A stretch of DNA of 64,000 nucleotides from Eledone cirrhosa (taxonomy: Eukaryota). The translations under genes were made by a program, and so were the position numbers. Below, piece after piece: positions 16,001-31,800 of this stretch. The notes under the pieces were generated by a model. That model was not told where the DNA came from and did no database searches. It saw only the letters and a program-made list of their open reading frames with translations. The stretch spans positions 372,682,001 through 372,746,000 of the forward strand of contig OZ024742.1 of the NCBI GenBank assembly GCA_964016885.1, in the 5' to 3' direction. Each line of letters starts with the position of its first letter. Within the stretch, counting starts at the first letter, position 1.

Positions 16001-19000
16001 ATAAACTGTAAATCTCTTTCTATATAAACTGTAAATCTCATTCTATATAAACTGTAAATCTCTTTCTATATGAACTGTACACCTCATTCTATATAAATTG
16101 TAAATCTCATTCTATAAACTGTAAATCTCATTCTATATAAACTGTAAATCTCATTCTATAAACTGTAAATCTCTTTCCATATAAACTGTAAATCTCATTC
16201 TATATAAGCTGTAAATCTCATTCTATAAACTGTACATCTCTTTCTATATAAACTGTAAATCTCATTCTATATAAACTGTATGTATCATTCTATAAACTGT
16301 AAATCTCATTCTATAAACTGTAAATCTCTTTCTATATAAACTGTAAATCTCATTCTATATAAACTGTAAATCTAATTCTATATTAACTGTAAATCTGATT
16401 CTATAAACTGTAAATCTCTTTCTATATAAACTGTAAATCTCATTCTATATAAACTGTAAATCTCTTTCTATATAAACTGTAAATCTCATTCTATATAAAC
16501 TGTAAATCTCATTCTATAAACTGTAAATCTCTTTCTATATAAACTCTTAATCTCATTCTATATAAACTGTAAATCTCATTCTATAAACTGTAAATCTAAT
16601 TCTATATAAACTGTAAATCTCTTTCTATATAACCTGTAAATCTCTTTCTATATAACCTGTAAATCTCTTTCTATATAAACTGTAAATCTCTTTCCATATA
16701 AACTGTAAATCTCATTCTATATAAGCTGTAAATCTCATTCTATAAACTGTACATCTCTTTCGATATAAACTGTAAATCCCATTCTATATAAACTGTATAT
16801 ATCATTCTATAAACTGTACATCTCATTCTATAAACTGTAAATCTCTTTCTATATGAACTGTAAATCTCATCCTATATAAACTGTAAATCTCATTCTATAT
16901 TAACTGTAAATCTGATTCTATAAACTGTAAATCTCTTTCTATATAAACTGTAAATCTCACTCTATATAAACTGTAAATCTCTTTCTATATAAACTGTAAA
17001 TTTCATTCTATAAACTGTAAATCTCTTTCTATATAAACTGTAAATCTCATTCTATATAAACTGTAAATCTCTTTCTATATGAACTGTAAATCTCATTCTA
17101 TATAAATTGTAAATCTCATTCTATAAACTGTGAATCTCATTCTATATAAACTGTAAATCTCATTCTATATAAACTGTAAATCTCATTCTATATTAACTGT
17201 AAATCCCATTCTATAAACTGTAAATCTCTTTCTATATAAGCTGTAAATCTCATTCTATGTAAACTGTAAATCTCATTCTATAAACTGTAAATCTCATTCT
17301 ATGAACTGTAAATCTCTTTCTATATAAACTGTAAATCTCATTCTATATAAACTGTGAATCTCTTTCTATAAACTCTAAATCTCTTTCTATATAAACTGTA
17401 AATCTCATTCTATATACACTCTAAATCTCTTTCTATATAAACTGTAAATCTCATTCTATATAAACTGTATATATCATTCTATAAACTGTAAATTTCATTC
17501 TATAAACTGTAAATCTCTTTCTATATGAACTGTAAATCTCATTCTATAAAAACTGTAAATCCCTTTCTATATAAACTGTAAATCTCATTCTATATAAACT
17601 GTGAATCTCATTCTATAAACTCTAAATCTCTTTCTATATAAACTGTAAATCTCATTCTATATACACTGTAAATCTCTTTCTATATAAACTGTAAATCTCA
17701 TTCTATATAAACTGTATATATCATTCTATAAACTGTAAATCTCATTCTATAAACTGTAAATCTCTTTCTATATAAGCTGTAAATCTCATTCTATATAAAC
17801 TGTAAATCTGATTCTATAAACTGTAAATCTCTTTCTTTATAAACTCTTAATCTCATTCTATATAAACTGTAAATCTCATTCTATAAACTGTAAATCTCAT
17901 TCTATATAAGCTGTAAATCTCATTCTATGAACTGTAAATCTATTTCTATATAAACTGTAAATCTCATTCTATATAATCTGTATATATCATTCTATAAACT
18001 GTAAATCTCATTCTATAAACTGTAAATCTCTTTCTATATAAACTGTAAATCTCATTCTATATAAACTGTAAATATCTTTCTATATGAACTGTAAATCTCA
18101 TTCTATATAAACTGTAAATCTATTTCTATATAAACTGTAAATCTCATTCTATATAAACTGTAAATCTCATTCTATATAAACTTTAAATCTCATTCTATAT
18201 GAACTGTAAATCTCTTTCTATATAAACTGTAAATCTCATTCTATATAAACTGTGAATCTCATTCTATATAAACTGAAATTCTCATTCTATATTTACTGTA
18301 AATCTCATTCTATAAACTGTAAGTCTCTTTCTATATAAGCTGTAAATCTCATTCTATATAAACTGTAAATCTCATTCTATAAACTGTAAATCTCATTCTA
18401 TATAAACTGTAAATCTCATTCTATAAACTGTGAATCTTTTTCTATATAAACTGTAAATCTCATTCTATATAATCTGTAAATCTCATTCTATAAACTGTAA
18501 ATCTCATTCTATATAAACTGTAAATCTCTTTCTATATAAACTGTAAATCTCATTCTATATAAACTGTAAATCTCATTCTATAAACTGTAAATCTCTTTCT
18601 ATATAAACTGTAAATCTCATTCTATATAAGCTGTAAATCTCATTCTATAAACTGTAAATCTCATTCTATATAAACTGTAAATCTCATTCTATATAAACTG
18701 TATATATCATTCTATAAACTGTAATTCTCAGTCTATAAACTGTAAATCTCGTTCTATATAAACTGTAAATCTCTTTCTATATGAACTGTAAATCTCTTTC
18801 TATATAAACTCTGAATCTCATTCTATATAAGCTGTAAATCTCATTCTATGAACTGTAAATCTCTTTCTATATAAACTGTAAATCTCATTCTATATAAACT
18901 GTAAATCTCTTTCTATATGAACTGTACACCTCATTCTATATAAATTGTAAATCTCATTCTATAAACTGTGAATCTCATTCTATATAAACTGTAAATCTCA

Positions 19001-19147
19001 TTCTATAAACTGTAAATCTCATTCTATAAACTGTAAATCTCTTTCTATATAAACTGTAAATCTCATTCTATATAAACTGTAAATCTCTTTCTATATGAAC
19101 TGTACACCTCATTCTATATAAATTGTAAATCTCATTCTATAAACTGT
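13088..19147 (+). repeat. Tandem duplication, 2 x 3025 bp (about 13088-16112 and 16113-19137)
   Basis: Offset 3025 for CTCTTTCCAT 13146/16171, CTGTATG 13251/16276, CGATAT 13736/16761, CCCTTTC 14536/17561 and CTGAAATTCTC 15248/18273. Confidence 0.93.
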
Positions 19148-19249
19148 GAATCTCATTCTATATAAACTGTAAATCTCATTCTATAAACTGTAAATCTCAT
19201 TCTATGAACTGTAAATCTCTTTCTATATAAACTGTAAATCTCATTCTAT

Positions 19250-21800
19250 ATAAACTGTAAATCTCATTCTATAAACTGTAAATCTCTTTCTGTATAAACT
19301 GTAAATCTCATTCTATATAAACTGTAAATCTCTTTCTATATAAACTGTAAATTTCATTCTATAAACTGTAAATCTCTTTCTATATAAACTGTAAATCTCA
19401 TTCTATATAAACTGTAAATCGCTTTCTATATAAACTGTAAATCTCATTCTATATAAACTGTGAATCTCATTCTATAAGCTGTAAATCTCTTTCTATATAA
19501 ACTGTGAATCTCATTCTATATACACTGTAAATCTCTTTCTATATAAACTGTAAATCTCATTCTATATAAACTGTAAATCTCATTCTATAAACTGTAAATC
19601 TCTTTCCATATAAACTGTAAATCTCATTCTATATAAGCTGTAAATCTCATTCTATAAACTGTACATCTCTTTCTATATAAACTGTAAATCTCATTCTATA
19701 TAAACTGTATGTATCATTCTATAAACTGTAAATCTCATTCTATAAACTGTAAATCTCTTTCTATATAAACTGTAAATCTCATTCTATATAAACTGTAAAT
19801 CTAATTCTATATTAACTGTAAATCTGATTCTATAAACTGTAAATCTCTTTCTATATAAACTGTAAATCTCATTCTATATAAACTGTAAATCTCTTTCTAT
19901 ATAAACTGTAAATCTCATTCTATATAAACTGTAAATCTCATTCTATAAACTGTAAATCTCTTTCTATATAAACTCTTAATCTCATTCTATATAAACTGTA
20001 AATCTCATTCTATAAACTGTAAATCTAATTCTATATAAACTGTAAATCTCTTTCTATATAACCTGTAAATCTCTTTCTATATAACCTGTAAATCTCTTTC
20101 TATATAAACTGTAAATCTCTTTCCATATAAACTGTAAATCTCATTCTATATAAGCTGTAAATCTCATTCTATAAACTGTACATCTCTTTCGATATAAACT
20201 GTAAATCCCATTCTATATAAACTGTATATATCATTCTATAAACTGTACATCTCATTCTATAAACTGTAAATCTCTTTCTATATGAACTGTAAATCTCATC
20301 CTATATAAACTGTAAATCTCATTCTATATAAACTGTATGTATCATTCTATAAACTGTAAATCTCATTCTATAAACTGTAAATCTCTTTCTATATAAACTG
20401 TAAATCTCATTCTATATAAACTGTAAATCTAATTCTATATTAACTGTAAATCTGATTCTATAAACTGTAAATCTCTTTCTATATAAACTGTAAATCTCAT
20501 TCTATATAAACTGTAAATCTCTTTCTATATAAACTGTAAATCTCATTCTATATAAACTGTAAATCTCATTCTATAAACTGTAAATCTCTTTCTATATAAA
20601 CTCTTAATCTCATTCTATATAAACTGTAAATCTCATTCTATAAACTGTAAATCTAATTCTATATAAACTGTAAATCTCTTTCTATATAACCTGTAAATCT
20701 CTTTCTATATAACCTGTAAATCTCTTTCTATATAAACTGTAAATCTCATTCTATAAACTGTAAATCTCTTTCTGTATAAACTGTAAATCTCATTCTATAT
20801 AAACTGTAAATCTCTTTCTATATAAACTGTAAATTTCATTCTATAAACTGTAAATCTCTTTCTATATAAACTGTAAATCTCATTCTATATAAACTGTAAA
20901 TCGCTTTCTATATAAACTGTAAATCTCATTCTATATAAACTGTGAATCTCATTCTATAAGCTGTAAATCTCTTTCTATATAAACTGTGAATCTCATTCTA
21001 TATACACTGTAAATCTCTTTCTATATAAACTGTAAATCTCATTCTATATAAACTGTAAATCTCATTCTATAAACTGTAAATCTCTTTCCATATAAACTGT
21101 AAATCTCATTCTATATAAGCTGTAAATCTCATTCTATAAACTGTACATCTCTTTCTATATAAACTGTAAATCTCATTCTATATAAACTGTATGTATCATT
21201 CTATAAACTGTAAATCTCATTCTATAAACTGTAAATCTCTTTCTATATAAACTGTAAATCTCATTCTATATAAACTGTAAATCTAATTCTATATTAACTG
21301 TAAATCTGATTCTATAAACTGTAAATCTCTTTCTATATAAACTGTAAATCTCATTCTATATAAACTGTAAATCTCTTTCTATATAAACTGTAAATCTCAT
21401 TCTATATAAACTGTAAATCTCATTCTATAAACTGTAAATCTCTTTCTATATAAACTCTTAATCTCATTCTATATAAACTGTAAATCTCATTCTATAAACT
21501 GTAAATCTAATTCTATATAAACTGTAAATCTCTTTCTATATAACCTGTAAATCTCTTTCTATATAACCTGTAAATCTCTTTCTATATAAACTGTAAATCT
21601 CTTTCCATATAAACTGTAAATCTCATTCTATATAAGCTGTAAATCTCATTCTATAAACTGTACATCTCTTTCTATATAAACTGTAAATCCCATTCTATAT
21701 AAACTGTATATATCATTCTATAAACTGTACATCTCATTCTATAAACTGTAAATCTCTTTCTATATGAACTGTAAATCTCATCCTATATAAACTGTAAATC
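19250..21800 (+). repeat. Patchwork of overlapping local duplications with offsets 628 and 1482 bp
   Basis: CTGTATG occurs at 19705, 20333 (+628) and 21187 (+1482). CTCTTAAT occurs at 19973/20601 (+628). TAAATCTCTTTCTGTAT occurs at 19279/20761 (+1482). Confidence 0.85.
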
Positions 21801-24800
21801 TCATTCTATATTAACTGTAAATCTGATTCTATAAACTGTAAATCTCTTTCTATATAAACTGTAAATCTCACTCTATATAAACTGTAAATCTCTTTCTATA
21901 TAAACTGTAAATTTCATTCTATAAACTGTAAATCTCTTTCTATATAAACTGTAAATCTCATTCTATATAAACTGTAAATCTCTTTCTATATGAACTGTAA
22001 ATCTCATTCTATATAAATTGTAAATCTCATTCTATAAACTGTGAATCTCATTCTATATAAACTGTAAATCTCATTCTATATAAACTGTAAATCTCATTCT
22101 ATATTAACTGTAAATCCCATTCTATAAACTGTAAATCTCTTTCTATATAAGCTGTAAATCTCATTCTATGTAAACTGTAAATCTCATTCTATAAACTGTA
22201 AATCTCATTCTATGAACTGTAAATCTCTTTCTATATAAACTGTAAATCTCATTCTATATAAACTGTGAATCTCTTTCTATAAACTCTAAATCTCTTTCTA
22301 TATAAACTGTAAATCTCATTCTATATACACTCTAAATCTCTTTCTATATAAACTGTAAATCTCATTCTATATAAACTGTATATATCATTCTATAAACTGT
22401 AAATTTCATTCTATAGACTGTAAATCTCTTTCTATATGAACTGTAAATCTCATTCTATAAAAAATGTAAATCTCTTTCTATATAAACTGTAAATCTCATT
22501 CTATATAAACTGTGAATCTCATTCTATAAACTCTAAATCTCTTTCTATATAAACTGTAAATCTCATTCTATATACACTGTAAATCTCTTTCTATATAAAC
22601 TGTAAATCTCATTCTATATAAACTGTATATATCATTCAATAAACTGTAAATCTCATTCTATAAACTGTAAATCTCTTTCTATATAAGCTGTAAATCTCAT
22701 TCTATATAAACTGTAAATCTGATTCTATAAACTGTAAATCTCTTTCTTTATAAACTCTTAATCTCATTCTATATAAACTGTAAATCTCATTCTATAAACT
22801 GTAAATCTCATTCTATATAAGCTGTAAATCTCATTCTATGAACTGTAAATCTATTTCTATATAAACTGTAAATCTCATTCTATATAATCTGTATATATCA
22901 TTCTATAAACTGTAAATCTCATTCTATAAACTGTAAATCTCTTTCTATATAAACTGTAAATCTCATTCTATATAAACTGTAAATATCTTTCTATATGAAC
23001 TGTAAATCTCATTCTATATAAACTGTAAATCTATTTCTATATAAACTGTAAATCTCATTCTATATAAACTGTAAATCTCATTCTATATAAACTTTAAATC
23101 TCATTCTATATGAACTGTAAATCTCTTTCTATATAAACTGTAAATCTCATTCTATATAAACTGTGAATCTCATTCTATATAAACTGAAATTCTCATTCTA
23201 TATTTACTGTAAATCTCATTCTATAAACTGTAAGTCTCTTTCTATATAAGCTGTAAATCTCATTCTATATAAACTGTAAATCTCATTCTATAAACTGTAA
23301 ATCTCATTCTATATAAACTGTAAATCTCATTCTATAAACTGTGAATCTTTTTCTATATAAACTGTAAATCTCATTCTATATAATCTGTAAATCTCATTCT
23401 ATAAACTGTAAATCTCATTCTATATAAACTGTAAATCTCTTTCTATATAAACTGTAAATCTCATTCTATATAAACTGTAAATCTCATTCTATAAACTGTA
23501 AGTCTCTTTCTATATAAACTGTAAATCTCATTCTATATAAGCTGTAAATCTCATTCTATAAACTGTAAATCTCATTCTATATAGACTGTAAATCTCATTC
23601 TATATAAACTGTATATATCATTCTATAAACTGTAATTCTCAGTCTATAAACTGTAAATCTCGTTCTATATAAACTGTAAATCTCTTTCTATATGAACTGT
23701 AAATCTCTTTCTATATAAACTCTGAATCTCATTCTATATAAGCTGTAAATCTCATTCTATGAACTGTAAATCTCTTTCTATATAAACTGTAAATCTCATT
23801 CTATATAAACTGTAAATCTCTTTCTATATAAACTGTAAATTTCATTCTATAAACTGTAAATCTCTTTCTATATAAACTGTAAATCTCATTCTATATAAAC
23901 TGTAAATCTCTTTCTATATAAACTGTAAATCTCATTCTATATAAACTGTATATATCATTCTATAAACTGTAATTCTCAGTCTATAAACTGTAAATCTCGT
24001 TCTATATAAACTGTAAATCTCTTTCTATATGAACTGTAAATCTCTTTCTATATAAACTCTGAATCTCATTCTATATAAGCTGTAAATCTCATTCTATGAA
24101 CTGTAAATCTCTTTCTATATAAACTGTAAATCTCATTCTATATAAACTGTAAATCTCTTTCTATATAAACTGTAAATTTCATTCTATAAACTGTAAATCT
24201 CCTTCTATATAAACTGTAAATCTCATTCTATATAAACTGTAAATCTCTTTCTATATAAACTGTAAATCTCATTCTATATAAACTGTGAATCTCATTCTAT
24301 AAACTGTAAATCTCATTCTATATGAACTGTAAATCTCGTTCTATATAAGCTGTAAATCTCATTCTATAAACTGTAAATCTCTTTCTATATAAACTGTAAA
24401 TCTCATTCTATATAAACTGTATATATCATTCTATAAACTGTAAATCTCATTCTATAAACTGTAAATCTCTTTCTATATAAACTGTAAATCTCATTCTATA
24501 TAAACTGTAAATCTCTTTCTATATGAACTGTACACCTCATTCTATATAAATTGTAAATCTCATTCTATAAACTGTGAATCTCATTCTATATAAACTGTAA
24601 ATCTCATTCTATAAACTGTAAATCTCATTCTATGAACTGTAAATCTCTTTCTATATAAACTGTAAATCTCATTCTATATAAACTGTAAATCTCATTCTAT
24701 AAACTGTAAATCTCTTTCTGTATAAACTGTAAATCTCATTCTATATAAACTGTAAATCTCTTTCTATATAAACTGTAAATTTCATTCTATAAACTGTAAA

Positions 24801-25547
24801 TCTCTTTCTATATAAAAGGTAAATCTCATTCTATATAAACTGTAAATCGCTTTCTATATAAACTGTAAATCTCATTCTATATAAACTGTGAATCTCATTC
24901 TATAAGCTGTAAATCTCTTTCTATATAAACTGTGAATTTCATTCTATATACACTGTAAATCTCTTTCTATATAAACTGTAAATCTCATTCTATATAAACT
25001 GTAAATCTCATTCTATAAACTGTAAATCTCTTTCCATATAAACTGTAAATCTCATTCTATATAAGCTGTAAATCTCATTCTATAAACTGTACATCTCTTT
25101 CTATATAAACTGTAAATCTCATTCTATATAAACTGTATGTATCATTCTATAAACTGTAAATCTCATTCTATAAACTGTAAATCTCTTTCTATATAAACTG
25201 TAAATCTCATTCTATATAAACTGTAAATCTAATTCTATATTAACTGTAAATCTGATTCTATAAACTGTAAATCTCTTTCTATATAAACTGTAAATCTCAT
25301 TCTATATAAACTGTAAATCTCTTTCTATATAAACTGTAAATCTCATTCTATATAAACTGTAAATCTCATTCTATAAACTGTAAATCTCTTTCTATATAAA
25401 CTCTTAATCTCATTCTATATAAACTGTAAATCTCATTCTATAAACTGTAAATCTAATTCTATATAAACTGTAAATCTCTTTCTATATAACCTGTAAATCT
25501 CTTTCTATATAACCTGTAAATCTCTTTCTATATAAACTGTAAATCTC
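20730..25547 (+). repeat. Left-domain higher-order unit of 3946 bp plus a partial second copy
   Basis: Offset 3946 for TCTGTAT 20771/24717, TCGCTTT 20901/24847 and CTGTATG 21187/25133. Confidence 0.88.
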
Positions 25548-28500
25548 ATTCTATATAAACTGTAAATCTCATTCTATATAATCTGTAAATCTCATTCGAT
25601 AAACTGTAAATCTCTTTTTATATAAACAGTAAATCTCATTCTATATAAACTGGAAATCTCATTCTATGAACTGTAAATCTCTTTCTATATAAGCTGTAAA
25701 TCTCATTGTATATAAAATGTAAATCTCATTCTATAAACTGTAAATCTCTTTCTATATAAACTGTAAACCTCATTCTATATAAACTGTAAATCTATTTCTA
25801 TATAAACTGTAAATTTCATTCTATAAACTCTAAATCTCTTTCTATATAAACTGTAAATCTCATTCTATATAAACTGTAAATCTCTTTCTATATAAACTGT
25901 AAATCTCATTCTATATTAACTGAATCTCATTCTATATAAACTGTAAATCTCTTTCTATATAAACTTTAAATCTCATTCTATATAAACTGTAAATCCCATT
26001 CTATATAAACTGTAAATCTCATTCTATATAAGCTGTAAATCTCATTCTATTAACTGTAAATCTCATTCTATATAAACTGTAAATCTCATTCTATATAAAC
26101 TGTATATATCATTCTATAAACTGTAAATATCATTCTATAAACTGAAAATCTCTTTCTATATAAACTGTAAATCTCATTCTATATAAACTGTAAATCTCAT
26201 TCTATATTAACCGTAAATCTGATTCTATAAACTGTAAATCTCTTTCTATATAAACTCTTAATCTCATTCTATATAAACTGTAAATCTCATTCTACATAAA
26301 CTGTAAATCTCTTTCTATATAAACTGTAAATCTCATTCTATATAAACTGTATATATCATTCTATAAACTGTAAATCTCATTCTATAAACTGTAAATCTCT
26401 TTCTATATAAACTGTAAATCTCATTCTATATAAACTGTAAATATCTTTCTATATGAACTGTAAATCTCATTCTATATAAACTGTGAATCTCATTCTATAT
26501 AAACTGTAATTCTCATTCTATATTAACTGTAAATCTCATTCTATAAACTGTAAATCTCTTTCTATATAAGCTGTAAATCTCATTCTATATAAACTGTAAA
26601 TCTCATTCTATAAACTGTAAATCTCATTCTATATAAACTGTAAATCTCATTCTATAAACTGTAAATCTCTTTCTATATAAACTGTAAATCTCATTCTATA
26701 TAATCTGTAAATCTCATTCTATAAACTGTAAATCTCATTCTATATAAACTGTAAATCTCTTTCTATATAAACTGTAAATCTCATTCTATATAAACTGTAA
26801 ATCGCATTCTATGAACTGTAAATCTCTTTCTATATAAACTGTAAATCTCATTCTATGTAAGCTGTAAATCTCATTCTATAAACTGTAAATCTCTTTCTAT
26901 ATAAACTGTAAATCTCATTCTATATAAACTGTATATATCATTCTATAAACTGTAACTCTCAGTCTATAAACTGTAAATCTCGTTCTATATAAACTGTAAA
27001 TCTCTTTCTATATGAAATATAAATCTCTTTCTATATAAACTCTGAATCTCATTCTATATAAGCTGTAAATCTCATTCTATGAACTGTAAATCTCTTTCTA
27101 TATAAACTGTGAATCTCATTCTATATAAGCTGTAAATCTCATTCTATAAACTGTAAATCTCTTTCTATATAAACTGTAAATTTCATTCTATAAACTGTAA
27201 ATCTCTTTCTATATAAACTGTAAATCTCATTCTATATAAACTGTAAATCTCTTTCTATATAAACTGTAAATCTCATTCTATATAAACTGTGAATCTCATT
27301 CTATAAAACTGTACATCTCTTTCTATATAAACTGTAAATATCATTCTATATACACTGTAAATCTCTTTCTATATAAACTGTAAATCTCATTCTATATAAA
27401 CTGTAAATCTCATTCTATAAACTGTAAATCTCTTTCTATACAAACTGTAAATCTCGTTCTGTATAAGCTGTAAATCTCATTCTATAAACTGTAAATCGCT
27501 TTCTATATAAACTGTAAATCCCATTCTATATAAACTGTATATATCATTCTATAAACTGTAAATCACATTCTATAAACTGTAAATCTCTTTCTATATAAAC
27601 TGTAAATCTCATTCTATATAAACTGTAAATATATTTCTATATGAACTGTAAATCTCATTCTATATAAATTGTAAATCTCATTCTATAAACTGTGAATCTC
27701 ATTCTATATTAACTGTAAATCTGATTCTATAAACTGTAAATCTCTTTCTATATAAACTGTAAATCTCACTCTATATAAACTGTAACTCTCTTTCTATATA
27801 AACTGTAAATTTCATTCTATAAACTGTAAATCTCTTTCTATATAAACTGTAAATCTCATTCTATATAAACTGTAAATCTCTTTCTATATGAACTGTAAAT
27901 CTCATTCTATATAAATTGTAAATCTCATTCTATAAACTGTGAATCTCATTCTATATAAACTGTAAATCTCATTCTATATAAACTGTAAATCTCATTCTAT
28001 ATTAACTGTAAATCCCATTCTATAAACTGTAAATCTCTTTCTATATAAGCTGTAAATCTCATTCTATGTAAACTGTAAATCTCATTCTATAAACTGTAAA
28101 TCTCATTCTATGAACTGTAAATCTCTTTCTATATAAACTGTAAATCTCATTCTATATAAACTGTGAATCTCTTTCTATAAACTCTAAATCTCTTTCTATA
28201 TAAACTGTAAATCTCATTCTACATACACTCTAAATCTCTTTCTATATAAACTGTAAATCTCATTCTATATAAACTGTATATATCATTCTATAAACTGTAA
28301 ATTTCATTCTATAAACTGTAAATCTCTTTCTATATGAACTGTAAATCTCATTCTATAAAAACTGTAAATCTCTTTCTATATAAACTGTAAATCTCATTCT
28401 ATATAAACTGTAAATCTGATTGTATAAACTGTAAATCTCTTTCTTTATAAACTCTTAATCTCATTCTATATAAACTGTAAATCTCATTCTATAAACTGTA

Positions 28501-28823
28501 AATCTCATTCTATATAAGCTGTAAATCTCATTCTATGAACTGTAAATCTATTTCTATATAAACTGTAAATCTCATTCTATATAATCTGTATATATCATTC
28601 TATAAACTGTAAATCTCATTCTATAAACTGTAAATCTCTTTCTATATAAACTGTAAATCTCATTCTATATAAACTGTAAATATCTTTCTATATGAACTGT
28701 AAATCTCATTCTATATAAACTGTAAATCTATTTCTATATAAACTGTAAATCTCATACTATATAAACTGTAAACCTCATTCTATATAAACTTTAAATCTCA
28801 TTCTATATGAACTGTAAATCTCT

Positions 28824-31800
28824 TTCTATATAAACTGTAAATCTCATTCTATATAAACTGTGAATCTCATTCTATATAAACTGAAATTCTCATTCTATAT
28901 TTACTGTAAATCTCATTCTATAAACTGTAAGTCTCTTTCTATATAAGCTGTAAATCTCATTCTATATAAACTGTAAATCTCATTCTATAAACTGTAAATC
29001 TCATTCTATATAAACTGTAAATCTCATTCTATAAACTGTGAATCTTTTTCTATATAAACTGTAAATCTCATTCTATATAATCTGTAAATCTCATTCTATA
29101 AACTGTAAATCTCATTCTATATAAACTGTAAATCTCTTTCTATATAAACTGTAAATCTCATTCTATATAAACTGTAAATCTCATTCTATAAACTGTAAAT
29201 CTCTTTCTATATAAACTGTAAATCTCATTCTATATAAGCTGTAAATCTCATTCTATAAACTGTAAATCTCATTCTATATAAACTGTAAATCTCATTCTAT
29301 ATAAACTGTATATATCATTCTATAAACTGTAATTCTCAGTCTATAAACTGTAAATCTCGTTCTATATAAACTGTAAATCTCTTTCTATATGAACTGTAAA
29401 TCACTTTCTATATAAACTCTGAATCTCATTCTATATAAGCTGTAAATCTCATTCTATGAACTGTAAATCTCTTTCTATATAAACTGTAAATCTCATTCTA
29501 TATAAACTGTAAATCTCTTTCTATATAAACTGTAAATTTCATTCTATAAACTGTAAATCTCCTTCTATATAAACTGTAAATCTCATTCTATATAAACTGT
29601 AAATCTCTTTCTATATAAACTGTAAATCTCATTCTATATAAACTGTGAATCTCATTCTATAAACTGTAAATCTCATTCTATATGAACTGTAAATCTCGTT
29701 CTATATAAGCTGTAAATCTCATTCTATAAACTGTAAATCTCTTTCTATATAAACTGTAAATCTCATTCTATATAAACTGTATATATCATTCTATAAACTG
29801 TAAATCTCATTCTATAAACTGTAAATCTCTTTCTATATAAACTGTAAATCTCATTCTATATAAACTGTAAATCTCTTTCTATATGAACTGTAAATCTCAT
29901 TCTATATAACTTGTAAATCTCATTCTATAAACTGTGAATCTCATTCTATATAAACTGTAAGTCTCATTCTATAAACTGCAAATCTCATTCTATGAACTGT
30001 AAATCTCTTTCTATATAAACTGTAAATCTCATTCTATATAAAATGTAAATCTCATTCTATAAACTGTAAATCTCTTTCTGTATAAACTGTAAATCTCATT
30101 CTATATAAACTGTAAATCTCTTTCTATATAAACTGTAAATTTCATTCTATAAACTGTAAATCTCTTTCTATATAAACTGTAAATCTAATTCTATATAAAC
30201 TGTAAATCTCTTTCTATATAAACTGTAAATCTCATTCTATATAAACTGTGAATCTCATTCTATAAGCTGTAAATCTCTTTCTATATAAACTGTAAATCTC
30301 ATTCTATATACACTGTAAATCTCTTTCTATATAAACTGTAAATCTCATTCTATATAAACTGTAAATCTCATTCTATAAACTGTAAATCCCTTTCCATATA
30401 AACTGTAAATCTCATTCTATATAAGCTGTAAATCTCATTCTATAAACTGTACATCTCTTTCTATATAAACTGTAAATCCCATTCTATATAAACTGTATAT
30501 ATCATTCTATAAACTGTAAATCTCATTCTATATACTGTAAATCTCTTTCTATATAAACTGTAAATCTAATTCTATATTAACTGTAAATCTGATTCTATAA
30601 ACTGTAAATCTCTTTCTATATAAACTGTAAATCTCACTCTATATAAACTGTAAATCTCTTTCTATATAAACTGGAAATCTCGTTCTATATAAGCTGTAAA
30701 TCTCATTCTATAAACTGTAAATCTCTTTCTATATAAACTGTAAATCCCATTCTATATAAACTGTATATATCATTCTATAAACTGTAAATCACATTCTATA
30801 AACTGTAAATCTCTTTCTATATAAACTGTAAATCTCATTCTATATAAACTGTAAATCTATTTCTATATGAACTGTAAATCTCATTCTATATAAATTGTAA
30901 ATCTCATTCTATAAACTGTGAATTTCATTCTATATAAACTGTAAATCTCATTCTATAAACTGTAAATCTCATTCTATGAACTGTAAATCTCTTTCTATAT
31001 AAACTGTAAATCTCATTCTATATAAACTGTAAATCTCATTCTATAAACTGTAAATCTCTTTCTGTATAAACTGTAAATCTCATTCTATATAAACTGTAAA
31101 TCTCTCTCTATATAAACTGTAAATTTCATTCTATAAACTGTAAATCTCATTCTATATAAACTGTAAATCTCATTCTATAAACTGTAAATCTCATTCTATA
31201 TAAACTGTAAACTCTCTTTCTATATAACCTGTAAATCTCTTTCTATATAACCTGTAAATCTCTTTCTATATAAACTGTTAATCTCATGCTATAAACTGTA
31301 AATCTCATTCTATATAAACTGTAAATCTCTTTCTATATAACCTGTAAATCTCTTTCTATATAACCTGTAAATCTCTTTCTATATAAACTGTAAATCTCAT
31401 GCTATAGACTGTAAATCTCATTCTATATAAACTGTAAATCTCATTCTATGAACTGTAAATCTCTTTCTATATAAACTGTAAATCTCTTTCTATATAAACT
31501 GTTAATCTCATGCTATAAACTGTAAATCTCATTCTATATGAACTGTAAATCTCTTTCTATATAAACTGTAAATCTCATTCTATATAATCTGTAAATCTCA
31601 TTCGATAAACTGTAAATCTCTTTTTATATAAACAGTAAATCCCATTCTATATAAACTGTAAATCTCATTCTATGAACTGTAAATCTCTTTCTATATAAAC
31701 TGTAAATCTCATTCTATATAAAATGTAAATCTCATTCTATAAACTGTAAATCTCTTTCTATATAAACTGTAAATCTCATTCTATATAAACTGTAAATCTC

